A stretch of 55,702 bases of DNA, filler included, from Sphacelaria rigidula (taxonomy: Eukaryota), in NCBI GenBank assembly GCA_964200075.2. It is 5 parts of 5 records of this genome, joined end to end, with 100 filler letters (N's around TTAATTAATTAA, not from the genome) between each part and the next. Parts side by side here need not be neighbours in the genome. Positions count along the whole stretch, not along the records: positions 1 to 11,061 come from CAXNAA020005455.1; 4 more parts are not named here. One strand, given 5' to 3'. The position numbers and the translations under genes are program-made. Below, in pieces: positions 1-11,161 of this stretch. How positions within the stretch are numbered: position 1 is the stretch's first letter; every line of letters begins with the position of its first letter. Below the pieces are notes generated by a model, which was not told where the DNA came from, ran no database searches, and was given only the letters and a program-made list of their open reading frames with translations.

Positions 1-1138
1 TCCTTCACTGATTGACCGCTTTTCACTCTCAATCGTATCATCTACTCTCAATCTCACGAAAACACTGTTATTTCGGTTCTGTCACGCGCACATGTTTTCC
101 ACTATCGTCCGTATATTATTATTTTCTTCTGTCGACGCACATTTTTTACTTTCCTGTTATTTCGCCTTCTTTTTTTTTTTTTCATTTTTGGTTGGATGTC
201 TGCCCGTTTATGGTTTACCGTCACAACAGCTCAAACGCAGCTTTTGAGAGGGAAAATATGAACCATATGTAGTTCCGGGAAAACTTGTTTCTTTTTCGGC
301 GCTCCCGTAAAACGTTTGCTCGCCTAATACTGCGATAACACCCGTAAAGTCCACACGGCAGGTAGCCGTCATCGTAACTCTACATGATGTGGCCTTTTCT
401 CATGTGCTGATTGGCGACACAGTTGAAGAAGCGCTTCTGTTGTTGTGCCACAGGTCGCATCACCACATGTCGCTGCTGATGTGGTTTTGGTGAGCTGTCT
501 ACAAGCCTCACAGTGCGCAACCACATGGCGACACTGCGCGTCCTCTTCAGCACTCGAAGAGCCCCGAAGAGGGTCAGTAGGGTTTCGATGGTCTGTATTG
601 ACATATCGTGACCCAAGTCGATGGTCCGTGGATTTCACACGTGGCGATTTGCTCAGCCCTTTGGTCGAGTTTTTTCATGCACTTCTGTTGCGTTTTTTTT
701 TTATTTAACCCTTGCGCAAAGCAGATTCATTTTTGTGCGAGGTCGGAATGGACTGCACTGTGTCGTGGTGCAGCAGTGCCCCAAACCTGAAGTTCTCAGT
801 CAGCTCTCCCTTTTGCGCGCATTTTGAAACATTATTTTCCGGTTCCCAGTGTTTTCTCGTTTTTAATGGTTTCATGAGGTGCCATTGAGAAGAAAGCACC
901 CTGAGACGAAGCGCAGTACCCTCAATTGGATGGCATGGTGCTGTTGCTGACGTCTCTTCATATGGCGGCTGGATTTTGCCATCGCTTGAATGCACTTGAG
1001 TACGCGCTACGGCTCGCACGGTACACCCGGCGGCCGTACCTCACCCCTTGTTGGAGGCATGCTGGTGCTAACATGCATTGCCATTGGTCATCGGCTGCAC
1101 TAGCCACACCTCTAACAACAATGGTGGCGTGTTCGATA

Positions 1139-1139
1139 G

Positions 1140-1194
<55 letters not shown>
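1139..1194. repeat. (GTT)n microsatellite
   Basis: Perfect trinucleotide run. Confidence 0.95.
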
Positions 1195-2705
1195 CTTCAC
1201 ATTAAAAAACGTTCCGATATCTGCGCGGTACATTCGCACTGGGCATCTGATGCAGATACCTTCCGTGGTCACAGGCTAGCTACCTCTAATAAGGTATGAG
1301 GCCGATTCTTCATCTGATTTCCACATTCCCCAAACTTGGAAAAATGACGGGTGTCGCCACCCGTTTGCGCTAAGCGAAACCGCCAAAAAAACGAGAGAAT
1401 CGTGAAATCGTGAAATCGTGTAACCGTGAAACGGCGATTTGAACAGCGCTTCATGGCCTCACCGAACGTGCATAGTGACTTCAGCGATCAATCGCTACGT
1501 ATTATTGTAGTCATCCTTCTGTGGTTGCTAGCGGCTTTTTGACTGTATTTGTCGTCTGCCGGTGGGTGGCTCGGACGTTGCACGGTTTGCCGACTTTTTA
1601 CCCGGTTTCTGTCCATCTCTCCACCAACCATCCTCTGAAGCAATCACACACACCATCGAGCTGTGTAAACGAGTAATGGGCGGTAGAGCATTCTCTCCAA
1701 GCACTTGATGGCGTGAGCTATAGATATGCGGGGAGATAGTTCCTGTGTCGGGAGCACGCCCTTTGTGGAGGTAGGGCCATACGTCGGGCGTGCGCAGAGC
1801 TGTGCCAGCGTTGGTGCAGCGGAGGAAAAACACGTTTTTCTTATACCACTTCCCCCAGGCCCCATTAATGTAATGAGCGCCGGAATGTTGGAGGTGTCTA
1901 TATTAGGAGTAGGAACGGTGCTGAGTCTCGAAAGGGATGCGTGGTCAATGGTCAAAGTACTAAGGCAAGCAACAAATGAGTACGCCCCCCCCCCCCCCCC
2001 CAGGCCCCATTTTTGGTTTGAACCTCCGAGGACCCAACGCAGCCTTTTCTTGCAGCGCTGCAACCCCACAACACGTAAGCCACGCCACGAGCAGATACTC
2101 CAACTCCAGGGGTATCTTGTTTCACTGACCACGCCTAAGTGCTATTGCGGTTGTTCATTGTTATTCGTTGGAATGCTTCTTCTGTAACGAACAAGTTTTG
2201 TCCTGACCAAGGTTGTTTATGTTGCGGTGCGCCAATACGGTGCGTAGAATCGGTACACAGCCGTTTGTTGGACGCCCACCTCCACTTTTGTTTATGCTGG
2301 CAGTAATGTGTATGTAGTTCATGACCAAGTTTGTTTACGTTTGTTAGTTATTTATGAAAAAAAGCCGTATTTATTGTGCCACATTGACAATAATTTGACG
2401 AAGACAAGGTTTTCCTTTTTGGAACCGTGAGAAAGCTTATTTTTTTGTTCGGGGATGCGCTTTTGAAAAAGTAACGCCGACCAAAAAACAATGGCTTTCA
2501 AAACTATTTTTTTGTACTCGTTTCAGAAAAAAGAATGTGACACACGTAGAAGATGTCCAGGCAGATTTTTCCTGTCGGGGAACACCAATGGAGGAAACAA
2601 GAATAGAAAATACGGAAATACACGCACTTGACGACCTTTTTCATTTATACATCCATGGTTTATATTTCAACAGCTTCGCTTTCTTTTGTTTTTTTTCTTT
2701 CACAG

Positions 2706-3019
2706 GGCTCCTTTCTCGCCAACGCGATCGGCAGCTTAGCTCTCGGCATCCTAACAGCCTCCGACCTCAACGAAGATACTTTACCATACCTCTATACGGG
2801 AGTCACGGTCGGGTTTTGCGGTTCGTACACGACCTACTCAGGGTGGAACCTGAGGGTCGCCCGTGCAGCGCTGCGCCATGTTTGGGGCCCCGGCGGCGCT
2901 GTTGTGAGCATTGTCGGCGTGTTGCTGTCGCTGACGTTTTATGTCGCTTGCTTTGTGGCGGGTACGGATTTCGTCAAGGTCATGGGTGCTCAAGGGAGGT
3001 TGCACTGGAGAGGGGACAG
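2706..3019 (+). CDS. FEX: Fluoride export protein (FEX, tandem Fluc/CrcB domains), internal exon covering domain 1 TM2-TM4; upstream exons not found in this contig
   Basis: Pyrimidine tract + CACAG acceptor at 2701-2705 and AG|GTAAGG donor at 3019/3020. Translates GSFLANAIGSLALG...TVGFCGSYTTYSGWN, the Fluc TM2 Asn and TM3 GFxGxxTTxS signature. Confidence 0.9.
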
Positions 3020-3050
3020 GTAAGGTCGGTGATTACATGTATATTTACCA

Positions 3051-3152
3051 CACTCTGGACCATGGATTCTATTGTAAAAAAATGTACTGCATACAGTATA
3101 GAATATATTGCCTGTTGCAATAGGCGCAATAGTCGATACTGTACGCAGTACA
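3051..3152. mobile_element. Short hairpin-forming dispersed repeat in a FEX intron
   Basis: Arms TGTACTGCATACAGTAT (3083-3099) and ATACTGTACGCAGTACA (3136-3152); reverse-complement copy at 32554-32658. Confidence 0.7.
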
Positions 3153-4279
3153 GGTTTTGACTGCGTATTCTATTGTCGAGGGTGTGGTATTTCCGTCCTT
3201 AACCCTTTGCCTGCGAGCCTCGCCTCGAAACAGTTTCGGGGCCTGACAGCCCCGGTATATCCAGGGGTTTCCAGGTGTCGGAGGGTTGGGGGATGGTGGG
3301 GGGGGGGAAAGGGGGGCGATTACACTTCATCTAACGCACTCATTTTGCTCTGTTCGTTGTCTTTGTGCCCTGCGTGACCCCCATTGAGCTGCCATCATAA
3401 CTGCACACGCAGTTTTTGGAAAATATCCAATTTACGAAGTATGTCGCACGCGCGCTAAGAAGTTTTTCGTTGGCTGGGAAAAACAACAGGATCTCCGAGA
3501 ATATCTGCAGGCGCAGTTACCAAGGAACAGTATACACGCACACCAGAGTACAGTAGGGCTTGGCTGGTGCGGAATCGCAAATCTCGTCCCTGACCAGTAG
3601 CATTTCATGGGTCGCTCATTTTATGTTTGTGAAGGTTTCGTCTTTCACCTTTCTGTACGGTCATGCCTATCTACGGCCTGTAGTGAACGACGCGTAATGC
3701 TCCAAGTTTCATATACTGTATACATAGAGCGGTCAACGTGTTTTTGTTTTTCGAGTGGAAGCGTTTTTTTAGGTCTTATGGTCACCACGACTCCTCACGG
3801 TTTCGGTTTGATCCCAAACTTCGGGGTCGCGAGAGGCATCAGGACTTGACACGAATTCCGCAAAAAAACAAAATACTACGGCCGACTGTGAACGACTTAC
3901 AGGCTCACCGGTTGTCGGGGGCCCTACGCCGGTGCAACTTCCGGTTCTCGCTCTTTTGATATTTTCGCTCGACTGAAGCGACCCGGATCGTTATAATCCA
4001 GGCTGGTTCACGGAAGAATGCACGAATTTACTGCCTCATTCCTCCCACACGCAGTACAGTACTTACCCGATATAAAAGTATTTAGTGTCATGACCCCCAT
4101 GAGAAGCTGAAGAGAGCGACATAGCCGAGATTTTGTTTGAGGCCATAGCAGTGGGTGGTGCCTAAGGGCGACAAATGTGCCTCGACCAATCAGCGGCTTT
4201 CTAGTTGTTCTGAAATTGAAAACTTCGAATTCCCAACTTGTTCGCACACATCCTAACTGGTCGTTTTCTTACTCATTTA

Positions 4280-4282
<3 letters not shown>

Positions 4283-4323
<41 letters not shown>
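4283..4323. repeat. (ATTG)n microsatellite upstream of a FEX acceptor
   Basis: Direct reading. Confidence 0.95.
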
Positions 4324-4383
4324 CTATTGATTTATTGATTTTCACTACTTTTTTTGATTATGGTGCTTATGATCGCGGGACAG

Positions 4384-4548
4384 GTCGGCGTTGAACGTAA
4401 CTCGCGGGCGCGCCTTAAGCATGCTCGGGCTGGTGTACACTGTGCTGGTGGTGCTTTTAGTTGTGGATGATCGGGGAGGGAGAAGGATCGATTGGATGGC
4501 GTGCATGTTCGCTCCGCTCGGCGCCCTCTCGCGCTTTGGTCTCTCCAG
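4384..4548 (+). CDS. FEX: FEX exon: linker helix plus domain 2 TM1
   Basis: CAG acceptor at 4381-4383, AG|GTGAAC donor, phase 2 at both ends matching the neighbouring exons. Reads SALNVTRGRALSMLGLVYTVLVVLLVVDDRGGRRIDWMACMFAPLGALSRFGLSR (GxxxR motif). This frame is absent from the ORF track. Confidence 0.88.
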
Positions 4549-6312
4549 GTGAACGCAACAACAGAGCACGACCAACCGGCCACAAGATCAACATGCTGGA
4601 ACAAACACGTTATGTACTACTTACTCCTGAGAGAGAGGCGAAAGCGCTTTGATTGCAGGCTGGAGGCACTAATAGAGCTTACGCATTTGTCGTGACAAAA
4701 AAAAAACGGTTGAAATCACTTGGATTTAGAGTGAACACCGATATTCGGATCTTCTGAGGGGCTGTCAGTCCCGAGTGCTCCTCGCTTGCCCCGACCGCGT
4801 TTTTTGTCCACATCGGCGCCAATTTTGAAGTGTGCCAACACACACACACACCTTGCCTCGAGCACCCACCCCTTGCACCCTCCTAGCCCGAGGATTATCG
4901 TATACCTCGGGTAAGAGTTAGGGGTTGGGGTTAGGGTCAGGGTTAGTTGAAAATCGTGAATTTCCGAAAACGTGTTGTCACCTACTTCAATGACAAGTGG
5001 GTAAGCACGACTCGCTCGAAGAACTGTTTGGGGGAGAGGGGGCGGGTGAGAGAGGGGGGAACAATTCTGACAACCTTGTAAAAAATTTTAAACTCAGGTT
5101 TTTTTTTTACACACTTTCAGTCCCTCCCCTTCCTCGGGGCGAGTCCGTGGTCTCAAGGGATATAAGCCCATCTCCCCCAGTTTGTTTTTTTGGCGCTGAT
5201 TCGAGCACCGGCGTCGCCGTTTTTTTTTTTTTCAACACTTTTCGTTTTTGCATTTGTCATCTTTTGTTACGCTTCTGGAGCTCCCATTTTCATTTTCCCT
5301 CGATTTGAAGACAAGAATCCAATGCGATTTTCGAAGGAGGGGCTTCTAAGAGTAGCTGCAACACTGTAAATACACTGATGAAGCACGGCGCAAAACTGAA
5401 AGTCACAAATATCGTGTTTTAGAGCTCAGGGCGGTGGATGCAAAAATTTCCCCTGGAAGCGCCCGGTTTTGCCCTGTAAAAAACCCGGCTATTCCCCAGG
5501 GGCAGACGTTTCAAATTAATCCCCGGGGTCTTCAATCCTTTTCTTCCCCTAGTTTGTGTCATTCCCCAAGTGTCCTCGGTCTTTCAGGGACACCTTGATT
5601 GCATTAGCATTTACGCGATGGCTCATTTAAGGAACCGACCACAGGATGTGGGACATCCGTACCGCCCTCTTATCTTGTAAACAGAGTAGCACGTTGAGTT
5701 TGCGGTACTGGTGACTGCACACACACATAGCATATAACAATTGAGCCGCAGTTTTTCTCCCTTGACTGAGCAAGTAACACGACAGCGCAGCGAAATAAAG
5801 CTGTTTCTGCGCGTCTATCTGCGCGAAAAAACGTCCGGGTCAGTCATCGTTTTTGTACCGACTGATTACTCGCCGCTTTCCCAAACCACCGCGTTCGTAG
5901 ACTCTTGACGTTTCGTTTCGTTTCGTTTCGTTTCGTCTCATTTTCGACTATCCAAGTTGATCAACCCGCCTATAGATGGCCCTTCGAGCAGACCGACCAC
6001 GCATCTATCTCAAAGGCCTATCAGCCGTGTATATCTTCCGCGAAAACGAGTCGCGTTTCATGACAAGGTATATTTTTTTTCCTTCTCTTTTTTTATTTTT
6101 TCCTGTCACCAAATTAGCTTTTTCTCAAAAACGTGCACACCTTTTCAGCAGTAATTGCCGCAATAGTCTCGAGCTAGCTGCCCGGCCCTTTGGACAGACT
6201 GTCCGCGCCTCTACAAAGATATACTATATATATACACCGCAGTACATCTTCCCAGGTGTATATATTTTTGTTCATCTTAACCCCCCCCGCCCCCCACCAT
6301 CGTTTTTATCTA

Positions 6313-6569
6313 TATACTGTAATTCCATATGTTCTGTCTCGCTATCCATCTCTCCTCGTTTTATCAATATTTTTTTCGCTTTCTCGAGTTTCCTGTAGCG
6401 AGTGTCCCCTTTTTGTCCACCTCGGGTACTCCCCCCATTGTTCAAATCAGTATACTGTAATTATGTTTGTTCTGTCACGCTATCTAACTCTCCTTATTTT
6501 ATCAATATATTTTTCGCTTTCTCGAGTTTCCTCTAGGTGACTGTACCCTTTTTATCTACCTTGGGTACT
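6313..6569. repeat. Diverged tandem duplication, period ~138 bp
   Basis: TATACTGTAATT...TTTCTCGAGTTTCCT...GGGTACT occurs at 6313 and 6451. Confidence 0.85.
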
Positions 6570-7465
6570 AGAATAGTGTACGTACGTACGTCCCTCTGGT
6601 GACAAATCACGGCTGGATTCTTCGGGGACCAAATGATGTGCGACGATCACCCCATTCAGCAACAACCAACCGATCAAAATACGCAAATCTGAAGGCACAT
6701 CGGACAACTCATGAGCTATACCTGAAAGTCACTTCTTATTAGTATGCTGATGCGGACTATGAGCTAGCTCCTTCGGGACATTTTTCCATTTTCGCTTCCT
6801 ACAGCGCTAAACACCGGGCACGCGGCGTAGCGCAAAGGTTGCGCTTTGGCTTCTCAGACCCTACTGTCACGTATTTTGTGTTATTGGACGAAGGATCTGA
6901 GCGTCTTCTTCGATTGGTCATTTGAGGTAGATCATGAGCTGTCCGGCGTGTGAAATCTTCGGCGAAACAACCCGATTTGTCTGGCAAAAAACTCCCCGCA
7001 AATCATCATCCGGTCAAGAAGTTGCTTTTGCATGAAAATCGTGCCCACACTGTCCTACTAACGTTGCGTACATGTGTGGTACAGCTGTTGTTGTCTCCCT
7101 CTGCAACATAGGTTTCCATCGTGTGGAGAGGAGGTGCACACGTGCGTCGGGCCGGGGCTGGTTGGGATCTATCTCGTCAAGCGAGTGTCAACCTTCACTT
7201 TTTGTTTTTTTGACGCTCCGCGGCCGTAGATGTACGTCCAAATACTGTAGTACTTCCTTTGTCAAAATCTCATTTGTCATCCGATAGAAACGACGGGTGG
7301 CAACACGATTTGTCGTTCGGATAGAAAAGGAAGAGTGGAAGAAGATCTCAACACACATGACACACCTTAACTTTTTCCGCGAGCCAGTTCTCTCGCTCTC
7401 TGTTTCGTTATTTTTTTATGATGTCCTTTTAGCATCAACGGTCTCTTGTCAACACTCGGGGAACA

Positions 7466-7590
7466 ATCAACCAACCTACCAACCAACCAAATCAACCAAC
7501 CGACCAACCAACCAACCTACCAAATCAACCAACCGACCGACCGACCAACCAACCAACCAACCAACCGACCAACCAACCAACCGACCAAAC
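7466..7590. repeat. (CCAA/CCGA)n microsatellite abutting the last FEX acceptor
   Basis: Direct reading. Confidence 0.95.
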
Positions 7591-7596
7591 AAATAG

Positions 7597-7912
7597 GGCG
7601 CTCAACGCTCGATGGCGGGGCGGAGCTTTCCCGGTCGGCACTTTCACGGCCAACGTTTCCGGCGCGTTTGCGATGGCACTCGCTTACTACGGCGCCGTGA
7701 GAAACCCGCTTTCCGGCTGGAGCAATATCGTGCTCAGGGGTTTCCAGGGCGGATTCCTGGGGGCTTTGACGACCATGTCCACTTTTGTCGGGGAGGTGGT
7801 GGGTCACCGAGAGAAGCACAACATTTTGTCGAGTTACGTGTATCTGTTGGCAACGGCGGTTGCCGCGATGACGGTTGCTGTTGTCGTCGGCGCGTGTTTT
7901 GGCGCCTCATGA
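7597..7912 (+). CDS. FEX: FEX terminal exon: domain 2 TM2-TM4 and stop
   Basis: TAG acceptor at 7594-7596. Reads [26 protein letters not shown]...[20 protein letters not shown]...GACFGAS*. The three exons total 795 nt = 264 aa + stop, in frame. Confidence 0.9.
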
Positions 7913-10900
7913 TGCTGGCGCTGATGCGGGTGGCGCCGACTGAAGAGAGGAGAAGGCGTTTTTGCTGACTCGTTCGGTGTATGTATGTTTGCTGTTGTTT
8001 TTATCGTCATCATCATCATCATCATCAGTAGTAGTAGCAGCAGCAGCAAAAGCATCAGCAGCGTCGTTATCGTTGTTGCTTGTTTCCCGCCTTGAATTTT
8101 TTTCATGTAATCGGTGCTTGTGGTGTGATGCGTGAACTGTTTTTTCTTTGTCTCCTTCTCTTTGCCCTGTCTGTGAAAATAAGAAATCCCTCTTGTGTTG
8201 TTCGTATGATATGTCATGAGCTCCAGAGTTCCCGGAGGCATGTGTTTTAAAGAATTCACGACTTTCCGGGGGTGGTATTTTTTAAGGTCGCGCCTTGTTC
8301 TTTTGGTCTAGAAAAAGCCCATGATGCGCTGCTGGGTGTGTGAACTATAGAATAAAAAACGGTCTGCTTGTCCCCGCGTGTGTCTCTGCCCTCATCGCCT
8401 GCTTGGCGTGAAAGATGTGTTGAATTGACGTCACGGGAGGAGAGGAGAGGAGAGGGACTATTTTCGGAACAGCAACAAAAAATTGCATGCTATGCATTGG
8501 CCTTACTATACCTCTCGCTTCACTATGCAGACAAGCTGGTGTCCGACGCTGGCGGGGGCTGTATATGTGCGTCGTGGTAGAGATCCCCCCACCCCTTCCA
8601 ATAGGTGGCGAGACACCCATGAGGTGGTGTGTAACCCGTAGCTGTCTCTGGAAGTGGCGATACCAGAAAACGAAGGGAGTCGTTGTAGGCTGTCATCCGT
8701 AGGCGAGATGATCAGCACGCTACGGACCGAACAGCCTTGGCAGGATGTAGCTCACCCTTCATGTGACTCGCCAAACACACCACGGCGCTTCGCGCTGGGT
8801 GATAGATTGTGAGCCTGGCCCGACGAAAACCCAGCGTGTTCCGTCCCGATTTTGTAGGGGTGCGAGGTCAATGGTCCCGTGACTACGGCATGCAAGATCA
8901 TGAGTACACCCTCCCTGCAGTCGGCTGTTTTGTGAATGTAACAAAACTAGGTAGACGTTTTTTTTTTTTCTTCAGCACTGGTGTAAACATGAGGCAGGAT
9001 GCGAGTGTTTCTTTTCCATGTTCCCATCTCTGTTCCGGCGATTGACCGTGTGTTTTTCTTGCGGCCTTGTCTTTTGCTGCAGTAGTGTGCAGAAATAGGC
9101 TTAAGGTAGCCCCCTCCCGCTCCCTCCCCCCCTCCCCCCCACCCCGCACGATGTTTGCTACGGTAGTGGACATTTGACCGTTTAAACACTGCGCTCACCC
9201 TGGAGAGCTACGATATATTGGTAGCTGCACATGATGGAGCATGATGATCATGCTTGGTGATTTGTCGAGAGAGAGAGAGAAAGAGAGAGCATGCTGTTAC
9301 CGGTGTTTGTTGCGCCTTTTTGTTCCTCTGTCATATTTCCGTGAACTGTGTAGTTGATTACCTTTTTTTTAAATACGTGGTACAGAGACCGCCACCACCA
9401 CTTAAGAACACCATTGTTTTCGTGAGATGGAGAGTAGAGCGCTGATTGAGAGATGACTTTGATCATTCGCTTTAACTCAACCATTTTTTCACTCTTGTGT
9501 GTGCTTTTTTTCGCCTCGATCACTGGCGTGCGCGTACAGCTACACGTCGATATCCTACTCAGGGATATCAAGGGCCTCAGTGGCAAGCTACTACAGAGAG
9601 AATATTGGGCCTGGTGCAGGTTTCGTTACTGAAACGGCTTATTCACTAATTGATCGCATTTCACTCTCAATTTCACGAAAACAGTGTTAAACCTCTTTTT
9701 TGGCGTTAGGCTCGAGCTCTTCTTGCCCTTGTGGCCCATGAACACCCCCTTTATAGGCTTTAGTGTCGGGTTCTTTTTAAGGCATCACGATTTGTGCAAA
9801 AGCTATTATATTTTGAAACTTTGGCGCTCAACAAAGTTCTAGATGTTGGCGCTAGCTGTACCGGGAAAATGTTCACGAGGCCGTGAATGTACGGCACTAT
9901 GTAGTGTGATGCATGCGCCTGTGCCACAGGCGTTTCATTTAATTTGTTTCGTGTACTTTTTTTTTTTTACAGTCTACCCCAGATGGAATGACGTGACGTG
10001 CTGTTTTGCACGTTCTTTCTTGTTTTTGGGAATGATCGTATTCATGGCAGTGTCACACTAGACGATAGAGAACACGCGAAAACACGTTTTATTTTTTTGT
10101 CATTAGTGTTGTGCGTGTGTTTAGTCTGTTTTTTCAGCCGAGCTGGTATGAGGTAAATAAAGTAATAATTCCTTCCTCATCACGATTGGGCCTTTACTGG
10201 GTCGAGTCTTTGAAAGTCCCCATGCCATGAAACACGCATCTTGTTTCTTTCGGGGGGTGTGCATTAAAAAAAAAATGTTCCAAGTACTCGTGTGGCCTTG
10301 CGAAGTCTTTCATGGCGGGAGCAGCGGCAGGTCTTGTTTTTTATTATAAAGTAAACGCGGAACTTTTGTTCGAAGAAGGCTGATCCAGTTTTTTCCACTT
10401 TCCCTTTTTGTCGTGTGAATATCTTCAGCGTTTCATACGGGGTACTTTAGAGTCCTGATCCTAATGGCTGTTTGTGCGTACTTGGTCATGTGCAGTGGGT
10501 GCTGAAGAACGTTCGAGGGAAAACGTTTTGCCCCCGGGTCTACGTACGTCTGGCGTGCTTACTGATTTTCATGTGGCGACTACTATAACAAAGCATGACA
10601 CAATCTTTTTTTTTGTTTCCTTTATTATTTCCATTGTTTTCCCCTCGTCTGAGCGGTTGAAGTCGTGGCGTGACGATGATGCACCAATGAAAAACAAAAC
10701 TAGCTTGGATATTCTTCAATGTATAGCTTGCCGCCGATCTCAACTGCTATCTTGCCTAAATTACTACGCGATGCCATGGTTAAGAAAACAAGAAAACAAG
10801 TTCACATGTGCGCTCATGTGATGGCGTCGTCATCGTGACCGGCGGTAAGCATAAACGTGCGAGTGGGGGAGTATTGATTGAGATGTCTTCTTCTAGAGAG

Positions 10901-11061
10901 TTTATCGTTACGGTATACGTTACGGTATACGTATACAGTCCACACACGTTAAACGTCGTCCCCAATATATTTTATGTCCAGAGAAACAAGGTCGGCAGCT
11001 TGTTTCGGGTTGGCTACGAGTGATGCCGCCATACCCCCCCCCCCCTCCCCAAACCAGAAGC

Positions 11062-11161
11062 NNNNNNNNNNNNNNNNNNNNNNNNNNNNNNNNNNNNNNN
11101 NNNNNTTAATTAATTAANNNNNNNNNNNNNNNNNNNNNNNNNNNNNNNNNNNNNNNNNNNN
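11062..11161. other. Artificial contig linker (44 N + TTAATTAATTAA + 44 N)
   Basis: Exact 100-nt spacer with stops in all six frames; identical at four positions. Confidence 0.98.

Noticed and set aside
926..1299. ORFs with poly-V/T/C, and similar poly-Y/I, CV and YI ORFs at 32026-32471, 36162-36599 and 38364-38648
   Set aside because: Open frames are produced by microsatellites; no coding signal.
1..2705. Fluoride riboswitch or first FEX exon upstream of the CrcB-like exon
   Set aside because: The riboswitch is prokaryotic and no match is evident. I could not find a convincing domain-1 TM1 exon, so this stretch is treated as intron with unassigned repeat debris.
4915..4947. Telomere-like TTAGGG motifs
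   Set aside because: Only a few degenerate units inside an intron; not a chromosome end.
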